Origin: Cyanophyceae cyanobacterium
Lineage (GTDB): Bacteria > Cyanobacteriota > Cyanobacteriia > Cyanobacteriales > JBHJGN01
DNA length: 64,000 nt
Direction: 5' to 3'
Assembly (NCBI GenBank): GCA_050331735.1
Contig: JBHJGN010000012.1
Span: 1 to 64,000 of the forward strand
Made by a program: the position numbers and the translations under genes. Shown here one piece after another: positions 51,509 through 61,248 of the stretch. Under the pieces are notes generated by a model. That model was not told the origin of the DNA, did no database searches, and saw nothing but the letters and a program-made list of their open reading frames with translations. Numbering within the stretch: position 1 is the first letter of the stretch; the number at the start of each line of letters is the position of its first letter.

Positions 51509-52177
51509 TCACTGAGGGCGATCGCCGAAAAGAATCCGTCCCAGTCGGATCATGGTGGCTCCAGCTTGGGTTGCTAGCCGATAATCGGCTGACATTCCCA
51601 TAGAGAGTTGCTGCATGGCTATGTTGGCTAGACATTGCTGCTCAATATTATGAGCTAGTTTCCGGGTGGCGCTGAACGCAGACAGTGCCTGAGATTCAGA
51701 TAAACCCAACGGCAATATTGTCATCAAACCTTGAATTCCTAGATAATTACACTGGTCTAGTTTGGGTAAGTTTACCTGTAGCTCTGGTACGGTCCAACCG
51801 TATTTCTGCGGATCTGGCAAAATTTTGACCTGAAGACAGCTCCGTAGTTCTACTGATTGCTGCGCAGCTAGCTGATTGAGGCGAAGCGCCAGCTTCAGGC
51901 TGTCTACTGAATGAATCCACTGAAAATTTTCAATAACCTTTTTCGCTTTGTTGGTTTGAATGTGACCGAGGAAATGCCAACGCAGATCCGACAAATCTCT
52001 TAGTTGTTCCTGCTTAGGTAAGGCTTCTTGAATGCGGCTCTCACCAAAATCGCGAACGCCAGCCGCATAAGCTTCTCGCATAGCGGCTATTGATACTTGC
52101 TTGGTAACCGCAATCAGGCGCACGTTGGACGGAAGCTGCTGATAAATTTGCTCGATGCGTTGGGCAACTGAACTCAT
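51509..52177 (-). CDS. pipY: YggS-family PLP-binding protein (PipY)
   Basis: LIAVTK, FGESRIQE, WHFLGHIQTNK, GLMTI, LSMGMS.DY; follows pipX. Confidence 0.93.
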   Translation of the reverse strand: MSSVAQRIEQIYQQLPSNVRLIAVTKQVSIAAMREAYAAGVRDFGESRIQEALPKQEQLRDLSDLRWHFLGHIQTNKAKKVIENFQWIHSVDSLKLALRLNQLAAQQSVELRSCLQVKILPDPQKYGWTVPELQVNLPKLDQCNYLGIQGLMTILPLGLSESQALSAFSATRKLAHNIEQQCLANIAMQQLSMGMSADYRLATQAGATMIRLGRILFGDRPQ

Positions 52178-52217
52178 AAAGCGACAGAAATAACCGATAA
52201 AATGCTGGAAACAGGAT

Positions 52218-52490
52218 CTATTGAAAAGTTTGTTGATGAATAGCGTTGAGCTCGTTGTACTCTTCAGTGAGTCCGTTGCGGCGTAATTGACGAAGGCGAT
52301 TTTCCACTAATAAACGAGCCTCTGAGCGGCTGATTGGCTCAAAGCTAATGCCGTTAGCGCCCAGCTTGACTAAAAAAAATAAACGCTGAGCATAAAGAGT
52401 TGTAAACAGTTCCTGATTTTCTGCAATCAGACAGACTCTGTAGAGCAAACCAAATGTGGGATGATTGAGGTAGGTTTCAAAATTCATCAA
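52218..52490 (-). CDS. pipX: PII/NtcA-interacting protein PipX
   Basis: ETYLNHPTFGLLYRVC, LFTTLYAQRLFFLV. Confidence 0.96.
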   Translation of the reverse strand: MMNFETYLNHPTFGLLYRVCLIAENQELFTTLYAQRLFFLVKLGANGISFEPISRSEARLLVENRLRQLRRNGLTEEYNELNAIHQQTFQ

Positions 52491-53055
52491 ATTTTATTAT
52501 ACTAATCCCTAATTTTAATTTTGGGATCGCATCAATAGATGTTTAACAAGTACAGTATCCGCCTGCTTCCGGCTGGGAATGTTTAGAGTTTTTCAGAAAA
52601 TGGTCTCTACTTTAAAATTGAATCAAAGTAGCATTGGTTTGTTTTATTCACAGTGCCGTCAAGCAACTAAATTGACGATCAAAAAATCTTGCCAGCAAAA
52701 ATTCGCTCAATCTATTTAAAGCATTAATCTCCTCCTTTTTAGTTATTCTTTAAACTTTAATTCTAGAGCTGAAAAACTTTAGAAATACTTAAGGATTTTG
52801 CTGCTAAAGTTGATGATTTCTAAAACTTCAGTCTCTGGCCTTGAAGTTAACTATCTTAAGCAGAATCATTAAAATCAGGTTAGGTAGATGATATCTTGAT
52901 TTGTGTCCTATCGGATATTGAAAAAATACAAAATTTTGGTCATGGGATGACCAGGCACTGGCTACAGCTCATCGTTGCAGAAACCCACAAAGGACGGTAA
53001 GCAATCTTCAAAATTGCTCCACATTCGTTATTCGTTAAACTTGATACCAACTTGC

Positions 53056-53928
53056 TTAGTTGCCTCCCCACCCAATCCGCGTCCACCAAAATAGTCCGAG
53101 AGCGACTAAAGCAAGCCAGTCCCAAACGCGCAGGCGGAGCTGATGCCACTGAACTTGATGTCGGTCTGGACTGGTGAAACCACGGACATCCATCGCCACC
53201 GAAATTTGTTCAGCGCGCAGGAGCAGATTTTCTAGCACTCGTTCGGCAACCATCAGCCAAACCTGAAGACTTCGGCGAATTCCGAGTTTTTTCCAGTTAA
53301 TTGCGCGAGTCCGGACAGAACGGGTCAAGTTCTGGACTTCTTCAAGCACGAGAGGAATAAAGCGCAGGGAGAGCGTCAAGGTTAGCACAATTTCGGTGAT
53401 TGGTAAGCGGAAACGGCGCAGCGGAGACAGCAAGTCTTCTAACCCGGCTGTAATTTCTTCAGAAGCCGTTGTCAGTAAATACAGATTCGTACTGTAAATG
53501 AGCGTAAAAATTAAGGTGCTAATCCGAATAGCAACATCCAAAGAGCGCCGGGTAATGGTGACTGGTCCTCGCTCAACTAAAACGTATTGATAATTGGTTG
53601 ACGGTACCTCTAGGTCGGGAACCGGCAGTCTGGGCTGGTAGTCAACGGCTAAGCCATCAGGAGCGATACAGGTGATGATAAACACCAAGACGCAGAGCGG
53701 CAGGAGCCAGCCTAGCTGCTGTCGCCAAACTCGGAGCGGCACGGACGCGAGCAGGGTGAGCAGAATGAGCAGTCCAACTAACCCGAGTCGCCAATAGGGG
53801 TTCGCCAGCAGGGGAGACAGCAAAAAACTCATTAACCAAGCTAGCTTAACTCGCGGATCGAGTTGATGAAGCCAGGTAATGGGTTTTTCGAGATATAGTC
53901 CAATGGGGAGCGATCGCAGTAAATCCAT
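53056..53928 (-). CDS. ECF transporter T component (CbiQ family)
   Basis: LDPRVK, LLTTASEE, SLRFIPLV, SVRTR, AMDVRG. Confidence 0.9.
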   Translation of the reverse strand: MDLLRSLPIGLYLEKPITWLHQLDPRVKLAWLMSFLLSPLLANPYWRLGLVGLLILLTLLASVPLRVWRQQLGWLLPLCVLVFIITCIAPDGLAVDYQPRLPVPDLEVPSTNYQYVLVERGPVTITRRSLDVAIRISTLIFTLIYSTNLYLLTTASEEITAGLEDLLSPLRRFRLPITEIVLTLTLSLRFIPLVLEEVQNLTRSVRTRAINWKKLGIRRSLQVWLMVAERVLENLLLRAEQISVAMDVRGFTSPDRHQVQWHQLRLRVWDWLALVALGLFWWTRIGWGGN

Positions 53929-53963
53929 TTCCAAAAATCAATCCAGCTTAATTTCCCCAACCG

Positions 53964-55316
53964 CTAGACCCGCGTAGCGCGGTTAGCGCTACTTTCGACA
54001 TCTCGCGCTTTTTTGCCGCGCCAGAATAACCGAATCGGGGTTCCGGCAAAGCCGAGCTGCTGCCGGAACTGCCGCTCGATGTAGCGACGATAATTATCTT
54101 GAAACCGCTGAGGATCGTTGACAAAGAGAGCAATCGTGGGCGGTTGAGCCCTGACCTGAGTGCCATAGTAAATTTTCCCTTGTCGTCCCTGGCGGTTTGC
54201 TGGGGGCGTATGCCAGCTTACGGCTTCTTGAAGCACTTCGTTGATCACGGCAGTACTCACTCGCCGACGGTGTTCCTCAGCCGCCCGGTCCACTAGCTCG
54301 AGAATTTTCTCCACTCGTTTGCCGGTCAGCGCACTGATAAAAATGATTTCTGCCCAGTCCATAAAGTAGAGGCGGTGTTGCAGAATGCGCTTGTATTCAT
54401 AAATGGTGTAGGAATCTTTGTCTACAGCATCCCATTTATTCACGACAATAATCGCCGCCCGCCCCTCTTCGACAACGCGCCCAGCGAGCTTTAAATCTTG
54501 TTCGGTGACGCCATCGAGGGCATCTAGCACCAGCAACACGACATCGGCCCGACGAATGGCTTTAAACGCACGATTGATGCTGAAAAATTCTGCCCCGTAC
54601 TCGACGTTTTTCTTCCGACGAATCCCGGCGGTATCGATCAGCCGATAGGCCGTTCCGTCTCTTTCTACCACCATATCAATGGCATCGCGAGTTGTGCCAG
54701 AGACCGGGCTAACAATCGAGCGGTTTTCCCCTGTTAAAGCGTTGAGCAGGCTAGATTTACCTACATTCGGACGACCGACAATCGCGACGCGAATCTCTGG
54801 AGTCTCTGAGACGACCGTCAGGGGCAGATTCGTAATCAGGGTATCCAGTAGTTCCCCCGTCCCGCTCCCGTGGATGGCAGAAATCGGGTAAGGTTCTCCT
54901 AAAGCCAGTTCCCAAAACTGAGCCGCTTGAATCAGGCCCTGCTCCACTGATTCACACTTGTTGACCGCCAGCAACACCGGCACAGCCTGCTGACGAAGCC
55001 AGTCAGCAATCTCCCGATCCCCTGGGGTTGGTCCGGTTTGCCCATCGACAACAAAAATAGCGGCACTGGCTTCTGTGAGAGCAGCCAGTGCCTGTTCTCG
55101 GATCAGCGGCAGAAACTCGGTATCGTCATCGAAGACGAGTCCGCCGGTATCGACCACTTGAAAATCGCGATCTTGCCAAAAAGCCGGACGGTAAGTGCGA
55201 TCGCGGGTAATCCCAGGTTCGTCGTGAACAATGGCCTGCTGATCTCCAGCTAAGCGATTCACAAGCGTTGATTTACCAACGTTAGGTCTTCCAATAACGG
55301 CAACAATCGGGAGCAT
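53964..55316 (-). CDS. der: Ribosome biogenesis GTPase Der (EngA)
   Basis: Two GRPNVGKS P-loops; DTGG/DTAG; NKCE/NKWD. Confidence 0.98.
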   Translation of the reverse strand: MLPIVAVIGRPNVGKSTLVNRLAGDQQAIVHDEPGITRDRTYRPAFWQDRDFQVVDTGGLVFDDDTEFLPLIREQALAALTEASAAIFVVDGQTGPTPGDREIADWLRQQAVPVLLAVNKCESVEQGLIQAAQFWELALGEPYPISAIHGSGTGELLDTLITNLPLTVVSETPEIRVAIVGRPNVGKSSLLNALTGENRSIVSPVSGTTRDAIDMVVERDGTAYRLIDTAGIRRKKNVEYGAEFFSINRAFKAIRRADVVLLVLDALDGVTEQDLKLAGRVVEEGRAAIIVVNKWDAVDKDSYTIYEYKRILQHRLYFMDWAEIIFISALTGKRVEKILELVDRAAEEHRRRVSTAVINEVLQEAVSWHTPPANRQGRQGKIYYGTQVRAQPPTIALFVNDPQRFQDNYRRYIERQFRQQLGFAGTPIRLFWRGKKARDVESSANRATRV

Positions 55317-55627
55317 AACTAGCGGTCCATAGAAATCGACGGCGAACTTGAGAGAACCCCTTAACCAGCTAACGTCTTCAGCCTAAGACTCTCAAAAAAT
55401 TCGTGAGTTCAGACTCTTATCATAACGATTTAGCCTTCATAATCGCAGAGTGGAAACCTATTTAAATTAGGAGTCGTTGATCTGCCTGTTTCCTGCCACT
55501 GCCGAAGGCGTTCCCCAGGCTAACTGGTAGGCTAGAAGAAAATTAGTGGGATAGTGTCATCAATATCGAGCTGCGGCAAAAAGTTCTTCTCATTCACGCT
55601 CGCCTCTGTCGTGAGTACCGTTGTCCG

Positions 55628-56254
55628 GTGCCCTACTTCAGTCACTTAGATCCTCTGAGCGAACTGGTGTCGGCGATGCTGTCCCACCGCACTAAGAATG
55701 CCGATTCTCACCGCGCTTTTCAGCAGCTTACCCAGCGCTTCCCGAACTGGGCAGCCGTTAAACAGGCCCCGACAGCAGCCGTACAGGAGGCGATCGCTTG
55801 CTGTACCTGGCCCGAGCAAAAAGCACTCCGTCTACAGCAGGTGCTGCGGTTAATTGCCGCTCGGGGCGAATGGTCGCTAGATTTTTTAGGAGAAATGCCG
55901 ATTCCAGAAGCACGAAGCTGGCTTGAATCTCTGCCGGGAGTCGGACCCAAAACTAGTGCGGCGGTTCTGTCGTTTAGCCGGTTGCGTCTTCCCTGTCTTG
56001 CCGTTGATAGTCATCACCATCGGGTGGCCCAGCGTCTCGGTTTGATTGCCAGTCAAGTGAGCGTCGGTCCTGCCCACGCGAGGCTCGCTTCGTTGCTGCC
56101 TGAGAACTGGAGCGCCCAGCAGGTATACGACCATCACGAAGTGATGATGCTACACGGCCAGCGGTGCTGCACCTATCGTTCTCCCAACTGCCAAGGCTGT
56201 CCCTTGCTAGAACTCTGTCCCTTTGGAGAGGCGTTGCTGAACCCAGTGCGCTGA
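55628..56254 (+). CDS. HhH-GPD endonuclease III-family glycosylase with 4Fe-4S motif; true start probably about 60 bp upstream
   Basis: LSHRT, LPGVGPKT, VDSH, C-X6-C-X2-C-X5-C. Confidence 0.88.
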   Translation: MPYFSHLDPLSELVSAMLSHRTKNADSHRAFQQLTQRFPNWAAVKQAPTAAVQEAIACCTWPEQKALRLQQVLRLIAARGEWSLDFLGEMPIPEARSWLESLPGVGPKTSAAVLSFSRLRLPCLAVDSHHHRVAQRLGLIASQVSVGPAHARLASLLPENWSAQQVYDHHEVMMLHGQRCCTYRSPNCQGCPLLELCPFGEALLNPVR

Positions 56255-56311
56255 GGGCAGTTGATTGTTAGTTGTGAGTTATCTTTGGGCGAGTTGAGTT
56301 GACGTTTCCCT

Positions 56312-58021
56312 CTATTCCGCTCGGACAAAGCCTGCCCGAATTCCCTGGGAGGGGTCGCGGAGCTTAATGCCTTTTTTAGGGACTTCAGCACAGGGTAACG
56401 AAGCTGCCCAACATCTTAAGTACCAGTCCTCGGGATAAACGTATTCCACATCATTAATCTTCGACTGCACGACCTGGGGCTGTGGGAGGTTAGCAGGCAA
56501 AAGCAGGCGAGACTGGAGCTTGTCATTCATCAAAACCACTATCGCCAAGCTCGCTAGCAAGGTTCCGGCAAAGTGAACTAAAGCCGAGATTTGCTGCTGT
56601 TGAAGCGACAGCAGTGAAGACGGTAGCAAGGGCTTAACTCTGCCCCAGGTATTTTGACACCCATGAGCAAGAATCAGTGCCGGAATTAAAATACCGTATC
56701 CGATCCCGAATCTAATCCAGGGAGCTTTGAACACGATAAACAGCAGGCCTAAACTTCCAAGCGCCGCTACCCAAGTAACTTCTTGACGCTGGCGCTGATG
56801 ATGTTTCCAGAGCCACCAACCTGTCGCCCCCATTGAAACAACTAGCAAGCCTAGGATGAGCTGAGACTTGGGGTAATGAATCCACTGCTGCCAGAGCCAA
56901 ACGAGATAACCTGGACGCGTTTCGGCCATTGTTTGTTGTCCCCGAACTTGAGTCAGTTCTTGGTTGGCCAACTGTTCTGGCACTGTCCACGGTAAATCCA
57001 GGCACATAAATGTGGAGGGAAATAGCGGACAGCCAGAGGTCACAATCCCAGAGGCAGCCACTGGAGTCAGGACAAGGACGAGGAGAAAGCCGAGCGTGAG
57101 CGCTCGCTTCACGACAGATTGAGCGTGAGTACCGCAATTTTGACAGAGGTAAAATAGAACGGCGATCGCTAACAGAGGCAGCGCTGTTAGCTTCATCGCA
57201 ACAGCCCCAATAGCCAGAACAACGGGCACAATCCGGGCATTGCTAGAGGTGGCTGCTGCCGGAGAGGTGCCAGTGACCAAAATTGTCCAGGCAGCGACAG
57301 TAATCAGCAAGATAATTGAGACATCGGGAGAGAAAGAGATGAGCAGGGGTGAGCCTGTCAAGGCTTCAACGACCAAAGCCGGAATAATCAGCGAGGAGGA
57401 GGTCACAATAAACCAGTCAGCGAAGGTCCGCTCGGAGGTTTGAGCGAGAGTGAGCAGAAAATGCCAGGAAAAAATCAAGAAAATCAAGCCATTGGTCGTG
57501 GCTCCGATGCGAGTTCCCAAAAACTCAGGCGTCAAAGGCGCAGACAGGGCAAACCAAGCAGACGTAAACCCAAATCGATGATGAATTAACGCCACTCCCG
57601 GAACCGAGCCAAATTCCGATAGCCATTTGATCGCTCCAATGTGGTAAAGTCCCGAGTCAAACCACTCCATTTGTTGGATTGTTAAGGCCGCTACGGCTAA
57701 TCCTAAGCAGAGAAACTGTAGACTGATCCCTGGTGAGAGATGTTGACAAAAACCAAAAACTGATTTTCTCGTATCAGCAGAGACAAGAGACAGTGACACT
57801 AACGCTGTCACCATTGTGGCACCAACCCAAGCCGAGAGAGGAACCCACAGTGACAGACTTAAAAACGATAGGGCAAAAACCACGACTCCCAGCCAGACAG
57901 CTAAACTGTAGTAATCTTTGCTGGATTCAAAACACCGTATCTTTAAGAGACTGAGCAATGCTGTTCCTACAACCAGGCAGGCAGCCCCAAAAGTAACCCA
58001 TATCAAAATGGAATAAAGCAT
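56312..58021 (-). CDS. Multi-pass membrane protein, putative GT-C-type glycosyltransferase
   Basis: About 13 TM helices; DSGLYH, HRFGF, SPD, AMKL, GCPLFP, IRFG. Function is inferred. Confidence 0.6.
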   Translation of the reverse strand: MLYSILIWVTFGAACLVVGTALLSLLKIRCFESSKDYYSLAVWLGVVVFALSFLSLSLWVPLSAWVGATMVTALVSLSLVSADTRKSVFGFCQHLSPGISLQFLCLGLAVAALTIQQMEWFDSGLYHIGAIKWLSEFGSVPGVALIHHRFGFTSAWFALSAPLTPEFLGTRIGATTNGLIFLIFSWHFLLTLAQTSERTFADWFIVTSSSLIIPALVVEALTGSPLLISFSPDVSIILLITVAAWTILVTGTSPAAATSSNARIVPVVLAIGAVAMKLTALPLLAIAVLFYLCQNCGTHAQSVVKRALTLGFLLVLVLTPVAASGIVTSGCPLFPSTFMCLDLPWTVPEQLANQELTQVRGQQTMAETRPGYLVWLWQQWIHYPKSQLILGLLVVSMGATGWWLWKHHQRQRQEVTWVAALGSLGLLFIVFKAPWIRFGIGYGILIPALILAHGCQNTWGRVKPLLPSSLLSLQQQQISALVHFAGTLLASLAIVVLMNDKLQSRLLLPANLPQPQVVQSKINDVEYVYPEDWYLRCWAASLPCAEVPKKGIKLRDPSQGIRAGFVRAE

Positions 58022-58280
58022 GTCAATTGGTTTTTCGCACTCGTCTGGAAATTCTTTTGAGCTGTACTAAGGAAACTCTATCAATTAATATAGAGGCTGA
58101 CGACTTAGGAATCTGTTACGTACTAGTCTTCGCGAACGATCGGGTCAGAAATACGGCAAGGTAAGTATCAGGCATACCGAACCCTTCGCCATCGGGAATT
58201 AACTGCTTAGGAGTAGGTTCATGGCTCTGGCGGCTTGATGCCCTCTCTAATCACCGCCAATCTTGCTGAATCAGCGTTAA

Positions 58281-59477
58281 CTAGATTTCTTGGGCTTCTT
58301 CTCTTTCCGTTTGAAGCCATTTCGTTTGCGGTTTGATCCAAAAGGCTAAGTACAGCGGAATTTTCCACAGGACGTAGAGTGGAATAGCCAGGAGAGTGCG
58401 ACCGGGAATGAGGTCACGTCCAAATTTAGCCCAGGCTCCGAGAATTGAAACGCTAATCAAGACTCCGGCGATCGCGCTGATCAGCAGGGGAAGCCACGAC
58501 AGCCCCCAGTAAACGGCCACTGCTGTCCCCCCGGTGACGGCTAACCAGAGGATGACCAGCAGCGATAGTGGAGGAACGCTCAGCTCTAGGGCCAGCGCCC
58601 AGAGAGCCCACCGCTTCTGCACAAGAGCTTCTTTGAGCAAGCGGGGAGTTTGCCCCAATAGAGTTTCTAGATGACCGTGCTCCCAGCGCGAGCGCTGACT
58701 TTTGGCAAATTGCTGTGCCATCAGGCGACCCTCGACGAAGCCCTCGCGACAGAACAGCGGCGGATAACCTGCGATCGCCAGATCTAGCCCAAGCTGCATA
58801 TCGTCAACGGTTTTGCTATTGGCCAAAGAAACTTTGCTCATGACCGGCCACGGAAACGCCATTCCCGACCCCATCAATAAGCAGGGAAATCCCATGACCG
58901 TCAACCCAGAAGGACGGACCAGATTCTTGACGAGGACGGCTAAGGCAGAAATAGTATCTTTGACGCTGGGTTCATCCGGTTGCTGCATTAAATAGACCGA
59001 CTGCACCGGACGATTGGTTGCTTTGGCCAACCGAGCAATGCGCTCGACGGTCTGCGATGCTACCGTACAGTCGGCATCGACGGTGACGACGACTTCCGGT
59101 GGCTCAGCCTGTAGATAATTCAATCCGTAATCTAGCGCGTACCCTTTACCGCGTTTTTGCCGATCGGGTTCGTGTCTTTCGATCACAATGACGCCCAACT
59201 GCCGAGCGAGGTCAGCGGTATTGTCGGTACAGTTGTCGGCGATGACGATTAAGCGGTCTTGAGCCGTGAGCTGCGGGTGTAGCGTCTTTATCGTCTGAGT
59301 AATGCCGGCGGCTTCATTGTGAGCCGGAACTAAAACGGCGACAGTGGGCCGTTGAGCGACCTCTGGCTCTCCCGGTCTGAGCCAAAAAGCCGCCAGACAC
59401 TCCCCGAGAAGGACAGTACTGGGAATCAACAGAAGCAAGGCAGCGATCGCTAGAATTAATTCGATTAGATGAGACAT
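58281..59477 (-). CDS. Membrane-bound GT2 glycosyltransferase (QxxRW type)
   Basis: VPAHNE, ADNCTD, RGKGYAL, DAD, GSGM, VDD, QRSRW. Confidence 0.9.
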   Translation of the reverse strand: MSHLIELILAIAALLLLIPSTVLLGECLAAFWLRPGEPEVAQRPTVAVLVPAHNEAAGITQTIKTLHPQLTAQDRLIVIADNCTDNTADLARQLGVIVIERHEPDRQKRGKGYALDYGLNYLQAEPPEVVVTVDADCTVASQTVERIARLAKATNRPVQSVYLMQQPDEPSVKDTISALAVLVKNLVRPSGLTVMGFPCLLMGSGMAFPWPVMSKVSLANSKTVDDMQLGLDLAIAGYPPLFCREGFVEGRLMAQQFAKSQRSRWEHGHLETLLGQTPRLLKEALVQKRWALWALALELSVPPLSLLVILWLAVTGGTAVAVYWGLSWLPLLISAIAGVLISVSILGAWAKFGRDLIPGRTLLAIPLYVLWKIPLYLAFWIKPQTKWLQTEREEAQEI

Positions 59478-59567
59478 GGTTGCATCAGCTCAAGTACGCG
59501 GACTATGCTTTTGCTGTGATCATACCGAGTTTTTCCGTTAGCGGAGCTTTCTGTGGAGGGCCATCTC

Positions 59568-60239
59568 CTAGAAAGTTGCTGGAGGAAAGTGAGCTTGCCA
59601 CCAGCGATGCCAGTTTGACCAAACCTCTTCTAAAATCTGCTCGTCGGTCATAGAAATGTCGGTGTCTACTGGAGTAGAGAGCAGTGTCCACAAACAGCGA
59701 TTGTCAAATAGCTCGTTCTGTCCTAGGAGCCACAAAAGCAGGCGTTCGCCTCGTAGACTCTGAAGATAGCCATTCCGAGTAAACTGCTGTTCTGTGACTG
59801 TTGTCTTCCCGCGCGGATTAATGCAGGCACTTAAATAACCACGGTCTTTGTACTGAAATAGGCTATAGTAGCCTATCGCTTCCTGATATCTAAGCTGGGG
59901 ACTGACGGTAGCTGGACGAATGGGAGTATAGACAACCAAAAAACGATTAACGCTGCCGTCCGTGCTGACCTGATAGCGGGCACTAATCTCTAAGGAGCGA
60001 TTTTGACGACGATATTGATAGAGTTGACCTGGAGATTCAGAGTTTTTGGCGGCTAGCAAGGTTGTTTCAACTAGCTGCCATCCGGGTAAGGGAACTGCCG
60101 TTGGGAACAGAAGGGAGTCGGCAGCCCGTTGCGGTTCTTCCTGCGGCCATAGGATAGTTTTGAGCAGGACTCCAACGCTCCCTCCGAGAACGAGGCACAG
60201 TAACAGTAAACGCCAGGAGCGCCAGCGGAGTACAGTCAT
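59568..60239 (-). CDS. Cyanoexosortase A system-associated protein
   Basis: FPTAVPLPGW, YLSACINPRG.TTVT..QF, RCLWT; overlaps the crtA stop. Confidence 0.85.
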   Translation of the reverse strand: MTVLRWRSWRLLLLCLVLGGSVGVLLKTILWPQEEPQRAADSLLFPTAVPLPGWQLVETTLLAAKNSESPGQLYQYRRQNRSLEISARYQVSTDGSVNRFLVVYTPIRPATVSPQLRYQEAIGYYSLFQYKDRGYLSACINPRGKTTVTEQQFTRNGYLQSLRGERLLLWLLGQNELFDNRCLWTLLSTPVDTDISMTDEQILEEVWSNWHRWWQAHFPPATF

Positions 60240-61069
60240 TGGCCTTCTAGCTCAGATGGGGGATCGCGGAAAAAGACCAGCCAGCAGAATATCCCAAAGA
60301 GCAGCACGGCCATCATGGAGAAAAATAGCGAGCCACTACCGCCGTGCCAATACTCAAAGGCTTCGGTGTGAGCAGAAGCCACTAAAACTGCCAGCAAAGC
60401 AACTCGACCAGCGTTCACAATAAATCCAAGCAGGACAGCAACGATGAGACACAAAAATTGTTGCCACCGGGGCAGAGAAATGAGCAGCAAAAAGAGAACG
60501 GCAACGCTAAACATCTGAATAATGTTTTCGATGCCCGAACAAGCCCCCCAGACCTCAACTCTTCCTGTGGGAAGCACGATCAACACTCCCTGGCGATAAA
60601 CTCTAAATCCCGCTGCCCAAAGCACGAAGGTTGAAAATTGGGCCGTGATCGTCGGCAGGTCGATCGCTCTCAAAATGAGGGAGAGGACAGAAACGACTCC
60701 AAAAAGACTGAGGACGACTAGCTCTTTCCAATATTGGTAGACTTGCTTAATTCCTGAAGCCAGCAGCGCGAGACCACAACCGGAAATGAACGGCAGAATT
60801 CGGACATTGTAGCCGTCCGGCGATAAAGTTCGCAACAGTACAAAAGCAATCAGACCAGCCCCAAGCAAGCTCGCCACTCGACCGCTATTCAAGTTTAACT
60901 GCTTCCGTTTGTCCCACAGGAGAGAGCTGATCGTCAACCAAAATAGAGCACTCATGCTCAGAAGCTCGGCATCGTCCGCTTGCAGAACTGCGGTTAGTTG
61001 GAGAGTCGCTAAAGCCGTGGCGATCGCCAGCAGCCAGTACTGTGGGGTGCGTAGTTTTGACCAATTCAT
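60236..61069 (-). CDS. crtA: Cyanoexosortase A
   Basis: Exosortase triad context ACSG, NAGRV, FEYWH.G.G; multi-TM; associated gene adjacent. Confidence 0.88.
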   Translation of the reverse strand: MNWSKLRTPQYWLLAIATALATLQLTAVLQADDAELLSMSALFWLTISSLLWDKRKQLNLNSGRVASLLGAGLIAFVLLRTLSPDGYNVRILPFISGCGLALLASGIKQVYQYWKELVVLSLFGVVSVLSLILRAIDLPTITAQFSTFVLWAAGFRVYRQGVLIVLPTGRVEVWGACSGIENIIQMFSVAVLFLLLISLPRWQQFLCLIVAVLLGFIVNAGRVALLAVLVASAHTEAFEYWHGGSGSLFFSMMAVLLFGIFCWLVFFRDPPSELEGQ

Positions 61070-61190
61070 TGGGAAAAGACGCTCAATAGCTGACTATGAT
61101 TAAGAGCTGTTCCGAAGAAAGTCTCCCGCAAATTCTGGCATTTGAGGCTTGATGAGTCAAGCGTCATTCTCTCAGTTCGTGACGATTAGC

Positions 61191-61224
61191 ACAGAACCCT
61201 CCGCAGGTCTTTGGAGGGTTCTGT
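61191..61224 (-). terminator. 12-bp hairpin after the DUF4912 gene
   Basis: ACAGAACCCTCC-10nt-GGAGGGTTCTGT; no clear U-tract. Confidence 0.6.
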
Positions 61225-61248
61225 AACGTTCACTCTAATGAGCGGGGC

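Noticed and set aside
52491..53055. NtcA box upstream of pipX
   Set aside because: No GTA-N8-TAC found; only weak half-sites in AT-rich DNA.
49619..55316. der-ecfT-pipX-pipY-sepF-proC cluster as a novel system
   Set aside because: Known conserved cyanobacterial synteny.
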